DNA from: an uncultured Nitrospiraceae bacterium
GTDB lineage: Bacteria > Nitrospirota > Nitrospiria > Nitrospirales > Nitrospiraceae
Direction: 5' to 3'
Length of the DNA stretch: 64,000 bases
Assembly (NCBI GenBank): GCA_963730935.1
Contig: CAVSTP010000004.1
Location: 928,001 to 992,000, forward strand
Shown here: positions 42,419 to 52,343 of the stretch, one piece after another
Layout of the letters: the number at the start of each line of letters is the position of its first letter
Position numbering within the stretch: position 1 is the first letter of the stretch
The notes under the pieces: model-generated
Told to the model about the DNA's origin: nothing
The model's input: only the letters and a program-made list of their open reading frames with translations
The model's database searches: none
Made by a program: the position numbers and the translations under genes

Positions 42419-43552
42419 TCAACGGATTGCGCTTGGCACAATGGCAGGTCGCGGCGTTTCGGGAGCAGGCGAATGCGGCGATCTGAGAACGAGATATTTG
42501 ATGATCGGCATTTTCCACAGAATAAAGGTAAAGAGCACCCCAGCAAGGTAAACGGCGAAAGGGAAAAGAAATGGCCACAATGGTGCGAGGAAAGGAAATA
42601 GGTTTTCCAGCCTCCACCGAACTCCAGTCAGTGTATATATCATTAGAAGATGGCCAACATACACTCCCAAAGTGAACTTCGCCAAGGCAGGGAGCGGTGT
42701 TGAGCGCCACAAATCGGGTTTCGCGAGGGCCAACAAAAAGACGCCTAACGATAACAGAATGCCTCCCAAGTATTGGTATCGGTGACTATCGGTAGGAGCA
42801 TGCAGGACTTCTTTCAACACGACCCACTCAATAAACGCGATCGCGTAACCGGCCACAATGAAAATGATTGCGGTTCGTATAGCTGGTTGCCGACGTCCTG
42901 CCAACCACGATCCAAGGACCGTGAACAGAGTTGCGATAGACCAATATCCGAAATGAAAGCTGAAGCTATGGAAATGTCTTCCGGCGACTTCCTCGGCGAG
43001 AGCGACCCCATAGAGGCCGACCATGAAAGGGATCATGTATCTCTGCAGCCGGAAGACCACAATCAGGGCGACATTGGCAAGACCGAACATGAGCGCTGGA
43101 AGGAACCATAGATGCCAAACTGGCGCGTTCCCCCCAGCGGTCACCCCCAAGAAAAGTCTGATGTGTTGAGTTTCAAGCAAATTCACGTTCTTCAGTGCTT
43201 CTGATTGAAACGGTTGCCACCAACCGTGATCGCGAACCGCCACGAGCCAGTTCTCCGGTACTACTGTATAGATACATACCCAGGCGACGAGTATCCCGAA
43301 CAGAGACGAGGCATAGCGGCAAAGATGACGGATGGGTTCTCCTTCCGCCTCTACTGATTTCCCGTAGAAATAACCAGCCACGATAAAAAAGTAGGGCAAA
43401 CTCACCCACCAGACCATGTCTATAGTAACGTCGACCGGCCAACGTCCTCCTCCGAGCTGACGCAGCCTTAGCAATAGGTCGGTATGCCAGAGAATTACGC
43501 CCAAGATGGCCAACACTCGAAAACCTTCAATACTCGATATGCGCCTACTCAT
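42419..43552 (-). CDS. Acyltransferase-3 family (O-acyltransferase) membrane protein
   Basis: ISSIEGFR...VILWH, FFIVAGYF, WHLWFL, TLGVYVGH. Confidence 0.85.
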   Translation of the reverse strand: MSRRISSIEGFRVLAILGVILWHTDLLLRLRQLGGGRWPVDVTIDMVWWVSLPYFFIVAGYFYGKSVEAEGEPIRHLCRYASSLFGILVAWVCIYTVVPENWLVAVRDHGWWQPFQSEALKNVNLLETQHIRLFLGVTAGGNAPVWHLWFLPALMFGLANVALIVVFRLQRYMIPFMVGLYGVALAEEVAGRHFHSFSFHFGYWSIATLFTVLGSWLAGRRQPAIRTAIIFIVAGYAIAFIEWVVLKEVLHAPTDSHRYQYLGGILLSLGVFLLALAKPDLWRSTPLPALAKFTLGVYVGHLLMIYTLTGVRWRLENLFPFLAPLWPFLFPFAVYLAGVLFTFILWKMPIIKYLVLRSPHSPAPETPRPAIVPSAIR

Positions 43553-43686
43553 AGGTTCGTTCTCGCCGAGGCCGGAAGAAAAAATGTCTTCATGATGAAG
43601 TGGGACATTTTTCCCAATTGTACGATTGCGCATCAGCCAGCCTCAAGTCCTGGACACCCCTACATTGTGGGAATACAGTCCCACGG

Positions 43687-43938
43687 ATGAGTAGCAAGGG
43701 ACTGCGCGCTGCAGTCGGAAAAATGCTACCTCCGCTGGTCCGCATCCTTCTTCGGAATGGGATGGCGGCCAAATCCTTTCATGAATTGGTCAAGCAGGCG
43801 TATGTGAGCGTCGCCCTTGATGAATTTGGAATTGGGGGAAGAGCGGCCACGACGTCGCGCATTGCCATCCTGACCGGTGAGGACCCATACGGCCGGCATA
43901 TAGACTATGGAGACTATCAAGAAGCTGATCAAGGATAG
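43687..43938 (+). pseudogene. N-terminal fragment of a DUF6502-like protein
   Basis: LPPLVRILLRNG...LVKQAYVSVA...SRIAILTG, truncated just before a tRNA fragment. Confidence 0.6.
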
Positions 43939-43950
43939 GGACATTTACGA

Positions 43951-43992
43951 ATGCACCCAGCAGGAATTGAACCTGCGACCTGTGGGTTCGAA
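43951..43992 (-). mobile_element. att scar: 3' half of tRNA-Arg(TCG)
   Basis: Minus strand TTCGAACCCACAGGTCGCAGGTTCAATTCCTGCTGGGTGCA, no 5' half; TGGTGCCAA x2 at 44067 and 44078. Confidence 0.8.
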
Positions 43993-44551
43993 GGACACAA
44001 CGCTTTAAAAGGTATTACCCACTATTTCACTAGCTTTCTATCCTTTCAGCGCACTCAGTGTTCCCTTGGTGCCAAGGTGGTGCCAAAACACCCTGATCCA
44101 CCATGAGTCATGATGAGGTTCGCCATCACGAATCCTCACCTTTTACTGATGATTGCTCTTGCTGGGTGTCCCAAGACAGGTTGCAATGAGAATTATCCTG
44201 ACCACTTTCCGCAAGTCTCAATGGTCATGAAGGTTAAATCGATGGCGTTGGAGCAACTCTATCCGGTATTAAGAAAGTCACGACTGCTCATCCAACTATT
44301 AAGGCCACAAACTCCGTCAGGCACCGTAGCCCAGTCAGCCTTCCTGCTTTTCAGGTTCTCACCAGTAATGGTAGTGTGCATTGTCTTATGACTACCGCTG
44401 ATTCCTGTCACTGTACCCTCCAAAGTGTCTCTGGAAGCCACTTCTCAGCCGATTGACACATGCTTCTTGGGCGCATAGGCTTGATGGTGCTCACTTAGAT
44501 GCCGACGGCCTCTGGAGGGCCCGACCGCCGACGTAGAATAGGCGGTTGGCC

Positions 44552-44962
44552 ATGTCTGACGCCACTACTGTTCTGCTTATCGACGACGATCCCCGCTTCC
44601 GTGATTACAACGCACAGCGCCTCCATGCCTCGCCAGTAAATTACGATGTGGTCCATGCGGCAACTGGCCGATCTGGGGTAGACATCTGCGCGAGGCAGCC
44701 AATTGATTGTGTGGTGCTTGAAATCGATCTTCCTGACATCTCCGGGTTCGAGGTGTTAGCACAGTTGGTTCGGCGCCCCTATCGTCCCGAGATCGCCGTC
44801 ATCGTCCTGACAAGGTTTCCCAATCAATTCTTGTTAGAGCTCGCGATAAAGAACGGCGCACAAGCCGCATTTCAAAAGGGGGTGGGAAGCGGAGACCTTC
44901 TCGAACACTCCATCCGCAAGGCCATTTCGACAGTGGTAGTTCGAAACAGACTTGTTAGTTGA
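44552..44962 (+). CDS. Single-domain response regulator with Glu at the phospho-acceptor position
   Basis: LLIDDD...IDCVVLEIDLPD. Confidence 0.85.
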   Translation: MSDATTVLLIDDDPRFRDYNAQRLHASPVNYDVVHAATGRSGVDICARQPIDCVVLEIDLPDISGFEVLAQLVRRPYRPEIAVIVLTRFPNQFLLELAIKNGAQAAFQKGVGSGDLLEHSIRKAISTVVVRNRLVS

Positions 44963-45044
44963 TACGTAGTTGATCGTAATTCCTTTGAATCGTTTACGCA
45001 CACTGTGAAAAAGGCGTTAACTACACGCCTGTCGGAGCGACTAT

Positions 45045-45473
45045 ATGCCCAATGAGGACAGCGAACCGTCGCATTCTAGCCCCATCGAGATCCTCCTCGT
45101 CGATGACCATCCCCACGTTCGAAGACTCTTGCGCGAGATGATCGAGACGTATGACGACCTCAGAATCGTCGGGGAAGCCGTCAATGGCGAGGAAGCGGTG
45201 CTGCTTGCGGCGAAACTCAAGCCTGCCGCGGTGGTCATGGATGTTCACCTGCCCGTATTGAATGGCGTACCAGCCACAACATTGATCAAGATGAACAATC
45301 CGTTTACCGCCATCATTGGGTTGACTGCGGGCGATCCCCACGAAGACGAAAAAGCTATGACCATCGCTGGTGCGGCCGTGGTCATCAATAAGAGCGACGT
45401 GTTGAGCGCGCTGTATCCAGCCATCGTCGATTCACTCAAACGAATTCCTTCTCAGACGGCGAAAGATAGATGA
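45045..45473 (+). CDS. Single-domain response regulator (NarL-type REC, no HTH)
   Basis: LLVDDH, VGEAVNGEEA, VVMDVHLP, conserved Lys. Confidence 0.9.
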   Translation: MPNEDSEPSHSSPIEILLVDDHPHVRRLLREMIETYDDLRIVGEAVNGEEAVLLAAKLKPAAVVMDVHLPVLNGVPATTLIKMNNPFTAIIGLTAGDPHEDEKAMTIAGAAVVINKSDVLSALYPAIVDSLKRIPSQTAKDR

Positions 45474-45631
45474 CAACTGCCGATTCCTGCCACTGTACAG
45501 GTTGCGCAAAGTGTCAACGACAGGAAAACCACTGTCGGCGCTCAGTCGTATTCGACATTGACCATCTGTGCGAAGAGAAGAACCTCAGTGCCGTTCACCG
45601 TCTACATCCAACCCAGGAAAACGCTTCATAA
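45470..45631 (+). CDS. Cys-rich microprotein copy 2 with a different C-terminus
   Basis: First 36 codons nearly identical to the 40525 ORF; diverges after CEE. Confidence 0.4.
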   Translation: MTTADSCHCTGCAKCQRQENHCRRSVVFDIDHLCEEKNLSAVHRLHPTQENAS

Positions 45632-45827
45632 CCTCGATGGCACCCAGTCCCTCAACGCCGTGACGAAAATATCGGGGGCGGCACGAGAAATTCCAGACGG
45701 CCTTCGTGCGGATTGGATGTGACCGATGAACCATGACCATTTGAAACAGTCGGCATGAACACGTGAGAAGAACTATGAAACTCCTACTCCCACGCGTGTA
45801 ACGTTCAGAGAGTGGATTCTGGGCAGA

Positions 45828-46238
45828 TCAGGCTGTTTGCTTACGGTCCACAGGAATGGCAGCGATAGCGCTAAGCACAACTTGCTCAAGGTCGTCACCA
45901 GACGCGAAATTCTTTCGCAAAGCGGCGAAGGCTCCACTGACTCTCGCAACCTCTAGTAATGTTTCTTGCTCGAAGGATGTCAGAACCACAACGGGTATTT
46001 GAGGTTGCCGTGCGTTCGGGACGAGTTCGATCAAGACCTCTAACCCGAACATATCAGGCAACGACAGTTCGAGGATCACGCAATCAATGGATTGAGACAC
46101 ACATATGTCAAGAGCGGCCTGACCAGTCGTGGCTTCGAGAATCTCATAGCCGGGAAAGCCAAAGCGCAGGCGGGAGGCATAGTACTGACGATCTGCGGCG
46201 TGACTGTCGATGAGAAGAATCGACTTGGTATCCGTCAT
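45828..46238 (-). CDS. Single-domain response regulator with Glu at the phospho-acceptor position
   Basis: ILLIDS...IDCVILELSLPD. Confidence 0.85.
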   Translation of the reverse strand: MTDTKSILLIDSHAADRQYYASRLRFGFPGYEILEATTGQAALDICVSQSIDCVILELSLPDMFGLEVLIELVPNARQPQIPVVVLTSFEQETLLEVARVSGAFAALRKNFASGDDLEQVVLSAIAAIPVDRKQTA

Positions 46239-46671
46239 GAGAGCAAGCCTCCATGATGGATGGCTATATCGTAGGAGAGCCATTAAGGGTGGTCAATATG
46301 GTTATAATCATTAGTTGAAGTAATTTAGCCATAAAGAGGGGTCTGGCCGCATGGCAATGGAAGACCGCGTAACGCTGTGGAGGATTGCTGATTGAAACGA
46401 AAGGCTATGCGAAGAATGCGTGGTTTGGCTGTGGCGCTGGGGCGCAAGGGCGTCTGTCGTCTTCCTGAAACGGAAGCGGCAACAGCCGGTTTGTGTTCTC
46501 TGCTGCGCGAATCGGCTTTCTCTCTGACAGCCTCGCGATAGGGTCCATAAGGCTCTAGGAATTGTGTGGTTTGCGCTCGTCATGTAGGCACCTTCGTACA
46601 GACGACAAGCCCATCGCGAAGCCTTTTTACTTCAATTCCGATTCAGCTTCGATATATGGTTGAGTAAGTTT

Positions 46672-47064
46672 ATGGCCAATACCACTAGCGACGACATTCG
46701 GGTGTTGCTTGTAGATGACCACACCACCATACTGCAAACCTTGCGTAGCGCATTGCGACCTTATCCCAACATCAAAGTAGTTGGGCAAGCGACTGATGGT
46801 GAAGAGGCGCTTGCTTGCGTAGAACATCTTTCCCCGCAAGTCGTGGTGATGGACATAAACATGGGAAGAATGGACGGAGTGACCGCGACGAGACTCATCA
46901 AGGCACACTACCCGCAGATAGCCGTGATCGGTCTGACCATTGAGCAAAAAGACTTTCAACTCCACGCAATGCGCACAGCTGGAGCGCGAGAGATAATAAC
47001 GAAGGAAAAACTAGCGGCAGAGTTGCCCGGAGCGATACAGCGAGCGGTGGATAGACCGGCCTGA
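46672..47064 (+). CDS. Single-domain response regulator (NarL-type REC)
   Basis: VLLVDDH, VVVMDINM. Confidence 0.9.
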   Translation: MANTTSDDIRVLLVDDHTTILQTLRSALRPYPNIKVVGQATDGEEALACVEHLSPQVVVMDINMGRMDGVTATRLIKAHYPQIAVIGLTIEQKDFQLHAMRTAGAREIITKEKLAAELPGAIQRAVDRPA

Positions 47065-47214
47065 GAAGAACCGAACGGTCAGAGACCAGCACGAATCCAA
47101 GGGTTGCGACTGAAGATTACCTCTAGGTTGAGTATAGGTAGTCCAAAAACCTACGGCTACAAGGCCCTAGTCCATATCTAATTCTGATGTACCTCGCGCT
47201 GCATACGACTACCT

Positions 47215-47502
47215 ATGCGCGAAGAACAAAAGTGCGTTCAGCAAAATCTGAAGGTCATACGAGAGTATTTGCTGAAGGCATTCCCAGGATTCAACTTGAT
47301 CGAGGACACACCCGAACCAAGCGTCTGCCATCGATTCACGTTGACGAATGCGAAGACTTTTGAGCAGTTCAAATTGAAGGTAGGATGGGTTCGTCTTTCT
47401 GACCTATCCAGTGAAGGCGAGATGATGCAACGATTATTGGTGAACTGCGACCTGGCTGGCAAGATGTGAGATGAGAAGAACGGGCAGTACTACTATTGGT
47501 GA
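47215..47502 (+). pseudogene. 95-aa protein copy 2, premature TGA at 47467
   Basis: Reading frame continues DEKNGQYYYW after the stop. Confidence 0.75.
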
Positions 47503-47625
47503 GCGACTAGGGCTCTCCGCTCCTCCTTAGACTGTCTGAGGAGTCTGCGGAGGGGAACTGAATCTGAACCCGCCAATAGAGAGTCGGCAAAAGAGCCGAA
47601 GGCTTAAAGATCTGTTCTGGTCAGT

Positions 47626-48036
47626 CTACTGGGTTCTAGGCACTCCACCTCCCAATCTGTTGGGACAAGCTCGTTGAATCGTAGAATAAAGACTATCGAC
47701 TTGGTCTTTTGATACGACTGCTAAGGCACCGGCCTTCATGAACGCGTCCGTAATTGACGTATCCAGTGCCACACAAAGTCCAATAATTGATATTTCTTGC
47801 CAGTGCTCCTTCATGAGGCGGGCAGCCTCCACGCCGTTCATCCTCGGCATATAGAAGTCCATCACAACAACATGAGGCTGATAGAGTGGGACGAGCTCTA
47901 TTGCCTGCTTGCCATCGCACGCTTCTCCTACAATATGAAGGTCATCATAACCAGTGAGCATACGGCGTAGAGTGATACGGATCGGCACGTGATCATCAAC
48001 AAGCAGCACGCGACATTTATGCATGACGCTAGCCAT
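47626..48036 (-). CDS. Single-domain response regulator (NarL-type REC)
   Basis: VLLVDDH, VVVMDFYMP. Confidence 0.88.
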   Translation of the reverse strand: MASVMHKCRVLLVDDHVPIRITLRRMLTGYDDLHIVGEACDGKQAIELVPLYQPHVVVMDFYMPRMNGVEAARLMKEHWQEISIIGLCVALDTSITDAFMKAGALAVVSKDQVDSLYSTIQRACPNRLGGGVPRTQ

Positions 48037-48356
48037 TTACTCATCTGTAATACAGCAAGCATATGTCACATCCCATTAGTAACATTCCCAGATCAGGACT
48101 AGGATAGAGCCTAGAAAGCCTGCCTACCCCATACTAGCGACCGTTTCGGATTGCCCATCTTTCGGCTGTTGCGCCAGTAACACCACAACCGGTGCAGCGT
48201 CCCGCAACTTGCTTTTTTCCGAGCCATAAGCGCCCTCCAATTTCACGTATTCGCGCTCAGCCAGGAACTATTTTGAAGCTGCCGTGTATGCCGCTTTACC
48301 TGACTGGCCTAAACGAAGACCGCTAGCCCCAATTCTCGGAGAATTGAGACCAGAGT

Positions 48357-48566
48357 TTACGCGGTGATTTGAGTGCTGCTGGTTTCGATTAGGAGGGGCA
48401 TTGGGTGTTGGTTGGAGGCCGTTCGCGAAAGGAATTTTCGGGTAACCTCATTCAGGTAATATTCAAGTAAGGTGCGCTCGTCCGCAGTCAACACTAACTC
48501 TGTCGAAAGTAAGCGCTCGCATCCGTTAGTCCAGTCGCATACTTCCTCACCTATATGATATTTCAC
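48357..48566 (-). CDS. Small helical protein, copy 2 (GTG start)
   Basis: Near-identical to 41120-41329. Confidence 0.55.
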   Translation of the reverse strand: MKYHIGEEVCDWTNGCERLLSTELVLTADERTLLEYYLNEVTRKFLSRTASNQHPMPLLIETSSTQITA

Positions 48567-48582
48567 AATTCACCCCTCCAGC

Positions 48583-48655
48583 CTACGTTGTAGAAAGTCG
48601 TCCTGTTAGCAGCAATATCACCAGAACAAGCAGAACCAAGCCGAGTCCGCCGCTC
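48583..48655 (-). pseudogene. 3' fragment of the DUF3309 gene
   Basis: Matches 41431-41503. Confidence 0.75.
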
Positions 48656-48668
48656 ACCTGCTGACCTA

Positions 48669-49220
48669 TCAGGCTGCTCGACGAGACTGCCGATGGACCT
48701 GCCTTCTTCCTGATCCTGCTTTTACCTTTCCTCCCCCTACCTTCATGGACTGCTGTTTACCATTGGCGTGCTTTGCCATGAGGGCTTCTTTCCGTTCGAT
48801 CACTTTCTCTTCCAATCCCTCCCAGTCCACATCAGCTTTTTCGGCCTCGGAGAACATGCTGCCTTCTTCTTCCTTGATGTGATGCTTGATATTTTCTCCC
48901 AATACCGTAAACTTCGCCTCGTAACGATCATCCCCCGTGGACATGCGTTTCAGTTCATCAATCAGCACATGAGCCACGTGATGTTCTTCCAGGGCCTCGT
49001 CCATCACATCATCTGCATCAACCTCTCTTTTGATTGCCGGATAGATGAGCGTTTCTTCTAACGTTGCATGCACGTCCAGTTCGAGTAAGGTTTCTCGTAC
49101 AATCCGCTCTTTTGTGCGAGAGTCTTTCGCTGCTTCAAATTGTTCAAACAACTCCTTGACCTTCGCGTGGTCTTTTTTCAGCATTGCGAATACTGGATTA
49201 GACGGCCCAAATATACTCAT
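48669..49220 (-). CDS. Hemerythrin/HHE cation-binding domain protein
   Basis: KKDH, HATLEE..IYP, EEHH, HHIKEEE. Confidence 0.9.
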   Translation of the reverse strand: MSIFGPSNPVFAMLKKDHAKVKELFEQFEAAKDSRTKERIVRETLLELDVHATLEETLIYPAIKREVDADDVMDEALEEHHVAHVLIDELKRMSTGDDRYEAKFTVLGENIKHHIKEEEGSMFSEAEKADVDWEGLEEKVIERKEALMAKHANGKQQSMKVGGGKVKAGSGRRQVHRQSRRAA

Positions 49221-49495
49221 GCTTCCTCCTATTCGGACGCTAGTGATGACAACGCTTCATTACGACACACTCGGCTATCCGGTCATAGCTAGACGAAGTC
49301 CTAGTCGTAGGGTGGACTAGAGGTGGGTGGTAGCGGTTGCCCTATCGATGGGCGTTCCTCATAGATCGCCTAGCAGGTTCGACTGATGACGCGTCAAGGC
49401 CCAAATAATTTGCCTGTCACTTTTTACAGTATGCATATCGTCAATTAGGTGGTAGGGATGCATGCGCTGACATCCGACCTGTCACGGAGGTAACG

Positions 49496-51079
49496 ATGGA
49501 ATGGAAAATAAGGTGGGTCGCGGGTTTTGCAATGATCGCAGGCGTCCTCTGCCTACTTCTTCTTCCTCCGGCCCAAGCAGCGGACAGCAAGCCACATATC
49601 GTCATCATCTGGGGCGATGATATCGGGCAAAGCAACATTAGCTCTTATACGAAGGGCATGATGGGATATCGGACGCCCAACATCGATCGGGTCGCCAATG
49701 AGGGTGTTCTCTTCACTGACTACTACGCGGAACAGAGCTGCACCGCAGGCCGCGCGGCTTTCATCACGGGGCAGAGCGTCTTCCGTACCGGCTTGAGCAA
49801 AGTTGGGCTGCCGGGGGCCGATCTCGGCATGAGGAAGGAAGATCCGACCATCGCCGGGCTGCTGAAGGCGCAGGGCTACGCTACCGGTCAGTTCGGTAAG
49901 AATCACCTGGGTGACAAGGACGAGATGCTGCCGACGAACCACGGCTTCGACGAGTTCTACGGCAACCTCTATCACCTGAATGCCGAAGAGGAACCGGAGC
50001 TGCCGGATTATCCGAAGGAGTCCGACTTCCCCAACTTTCGGAAAAGATTCGGTCCGCGCGGCGTAATCCACAGTTTTGCCATGCCGGACGGGACCCAGAA
50101 GATTGAGGACACCGGCCCGCTGACCAAGAAGCGCATGGAAACGATCGACGACGACATCGCCACGCGCGCGGTGGAGTTCATAGAGAAGCAGGCCAAGGCC
50201 GGCAAGCCGATGTTCGTCTGGGTCAATTTCACGCACATGCACTTACGCACCCATCCCAAACCGCAGAGCGTGGGTCAAGCCGGACGGTGGCAGAGCCCCT
50301 ACCATGACACGATGATCGACCACGACAAGAACGTCGGTACTGTGCTCAACAAGCTCGACGAGCTCGGCATCGCTGACAACACGATCGTGATGTACAGCAC
50401 CGACAACGGTCCGCACATGAACACCTGGCCGGACGGCGGTATGACACCGTTCCGCAGTGAGAAGAACTCCAACTGGGAAGGCGCGTTCCGTGTGCCCGCG
50501 ATGGTGCGCTGGCCCGGTCACATCAAGCCCGGCACCGTGTCCAACGACATCATGTCACACCTCGACTGGATGCCGACTCTGCTCGCGGCAGCCGGAGCAC
50601 CCGACATCAAGGAGAAGTTACTGAAAGGCCATCAAGTCGGAAAGATGACGTACAAGGTACATCTCGACGGGTTCAACCAGTTACCCTACCTCACGGGGCA
50701 GGACAAGAAGAGTGCACGTGAGTCCTATTTCTACTTTTCCGACGATGGCGATCTCTTGGGGTTGCGATACGACAATTGGAAGCTTGTCTTTGCCCAGCAG
50801 CGAGATCCTGGGACACTGGGGCTCTGGGGCGAGCCGTTCGTGAAGACGCGGATTCCGTGGCTCTATAACCTGCGCACGGATCCCTATGAGAGGGCCACTA
50901 TTACTTCCAATACCTACTGGGACTGGTACATAGATCACGTCTACCTGTTGGTATCGGCGCAGAACTATGTCGGCCAATTCCTAATGACATTCAAAGAATA
51001 CCCGCCACGCCAGAAGGCGGCGAGTTTCACCATCGACCAGGTAATGGAGACACTCGAGAAGAACACTGGCAGCAAGTAA
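49496..51079 (+). CDS. Arylsulfatase (Cys-type, exported)
   Basis: Signal peptide, WGDDIG, SCTAGR, GKNHLG, DNG. Confidence 0.93.
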   Translation: MEWKIRWVAGFAMIAGVLCLLLLPPAQAADSKPHIVIIWGDDIGQSNISSYTKGMMGYRTPNIDRVANEGVLFTDYYAEQSCTAGRAAFITGQSVFRTGLSKVGLPGADLGMRKEDPTIAGLLKAQGYATGQFGKNHLGDKDEMLPTNHGFDEFYGNLYHLNAEEEPELPDYPKESDFPNFRKRFGPRGVIHSFAMPDGTQKIEDTGPLTKKRMETIDDDIATRAVEFIEKQAKAGKPMFVWVNFTHMHLRTHPKPQSVGQAGRWQSPYHDTMIDHDKNVGTVLNKLDELGIADNTIVMYSTDNGPHMNTWPDGGMTPFRSEKNSNWEGAFRVPAMVRWPGHIKPGTVSNDIMSHLDWMPTLLAAAGAPDIKEKLLKGHQVGKMTYKVHLDGFNQLPYLTGQDKKSARESYFYFSDDGDLLGLRYDNWKLVFAQQRDPGTLGLWGEPFVKTRIPWLYNLRTDPYERATITSNTYWDWYIDHVYLLVSAQNYVGQFLMTFKEYPPRQKAASFTIDQVMETLEKNTGSK

Positions 51080-51372
51080 CGTATGCTGGTGTTAACCGGT
51101 TTTTGACCCCCAACCCTTTTCCGTGTGGTTGTGGCTAAACTGTGGCAGAACTATCGTGCTCGATCATGTTCTGTCGGGTATCCGTGCATCTGCTATAACT
51201 GATTGAGAAGATGGCGATGGAGGCCGATCCGCACCTATAGTCTCTCTGCCTGAAGCGTTTTCAAATCTCGCCCCCTCCGCCATCTTTTCTTGCATCCTTT
51301 GGGTGTATACGGCAGGACTGGTACTGTTCTGTGGTGAAAGGCGATCCTAAATGACCCCTTCGACCCCTCCTG

Positions 51373-51774
51373 ATGCCGCTTCGCTCCATACGACTGTACT
51401 TTTCATCGATGACGATCCAGCGGCCCTGGAGTTCTGGTGACAGGGCCTCAGTCAATGTTCCCTGCCTATTCAACGCAAACGGCCACAGACATTCAAGCTG
51501 GTCTCGTCCTCTACCGCTCGCAAAAAGTGGACTGTGTTGTCTTGGACTTTGACATGCCAGAAGGATCAGGCTTCGAAGTCATGATATCATTCATCCCCTG
51601 ATCGCCGGCGTCCTTCGATTGCTGTGGTTGATTCTTACTCGGCTGCCTTATAAAAACCTGCACGAGATGGCGATGCATGGTGCTCGCGACTGTTTAGTCA
51701 AACAGCATACCTCAGTGAATGAGTTGGATACGTCCATCCAAAAGGCAATCGCTTCTATAGCGGCCGCACGATAG
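51373..51774 (+). pseudogene. Frameshifted single-domain REC gene
   Basis: VLFIDDD..., VDCVVLDFDMP, IQKAIASI found across frames with stops. Confidence 0.75.
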
Positions 51775-51920
51775 CATTCCCCGGCCGTGAACCGGCCTTC
51801 GTTGGCCAGTCCGCCCGATCTCGCACAATTCACGACAATGCTTAGGAGAATCCTGCTGTCACCCCAGCGCTATCCGCCTTATAGCCAGGTGACAGCTTAG
51901 AAATGCAGGGACAGTCGGCA

Positions 51921-52079
51921 TCAGGATTTGAGCAAGAGAGGCGTCACTTTGGCGAGAAGTTCTTTGCAGTAAAACTCGATCATCCTTGCTTCCTCATCGG
52001 TCAGCTGCCTGTTCATCATCAAAGAGATGAGCCGCTCACACGCACCTAAGTAGTTCCTTACTTCACCAGCCATGTGCAT
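51921..52079 (-). CDS. Small helical protein, diverged paralogue of the 41120 family (52 aa, not in ORF track)
   Basis: GEVRNYLGACERLISLMNRQLTDEEARMIEFYCKEL. Confidence 0.55.
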   Translation of the reverse strand: MHMAGEVRNYLGACERLISLMMNRQLTDEEARMIEFYCKELLAKVTPLLLKS

Positions 52080-52343
52080 ACGACACACTATGTGGCTCGA
52101 CCGGAACTGTCAATCGGCATTGGCTTACAGATCTGTACGATTTTGAGGAGACACTTTTCTCTCATCCTGTGTCATAGCACGGTGGCTGCCACTGGGACAG
52201 GTTCATCGCCTCTCAGACCTGGCTTCTTTAACACGCGCCAGTGGGCAAAGCCGGGGCGAACCCCAGTGGTGGGAGTCATGAATTCCTATATATGCTCCGA
52301 GATTGATGTTCAGAACGATCTAGACAGAAAGGCCCCGCTGACT

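Larger units (their letters stand above)
40016..51283. mobile_element. Decayed genomic island (~11.3 kb) integrated at the tRNA-Ser(TGA) 3' end
   Basis: 24-bp direct repeat TTCAAATCTCGCCCCCTCCGCCAT at 39993-40016 and 51260-51283. Confidence 0.85.

Noticed and set aside
43951..43992. Functional tRNA-Arg (and tRNA-Thr at 60384)
   Set aside because: Only 3' halves are present, with no D-arm or 5' acceptor strand; treated as att scars.
46370..46470. RCGGLLIE...WFGC relic of another zinc-ribbon gene
   Set aside because: Preceded by an in-frame stop and too degenerate to support.
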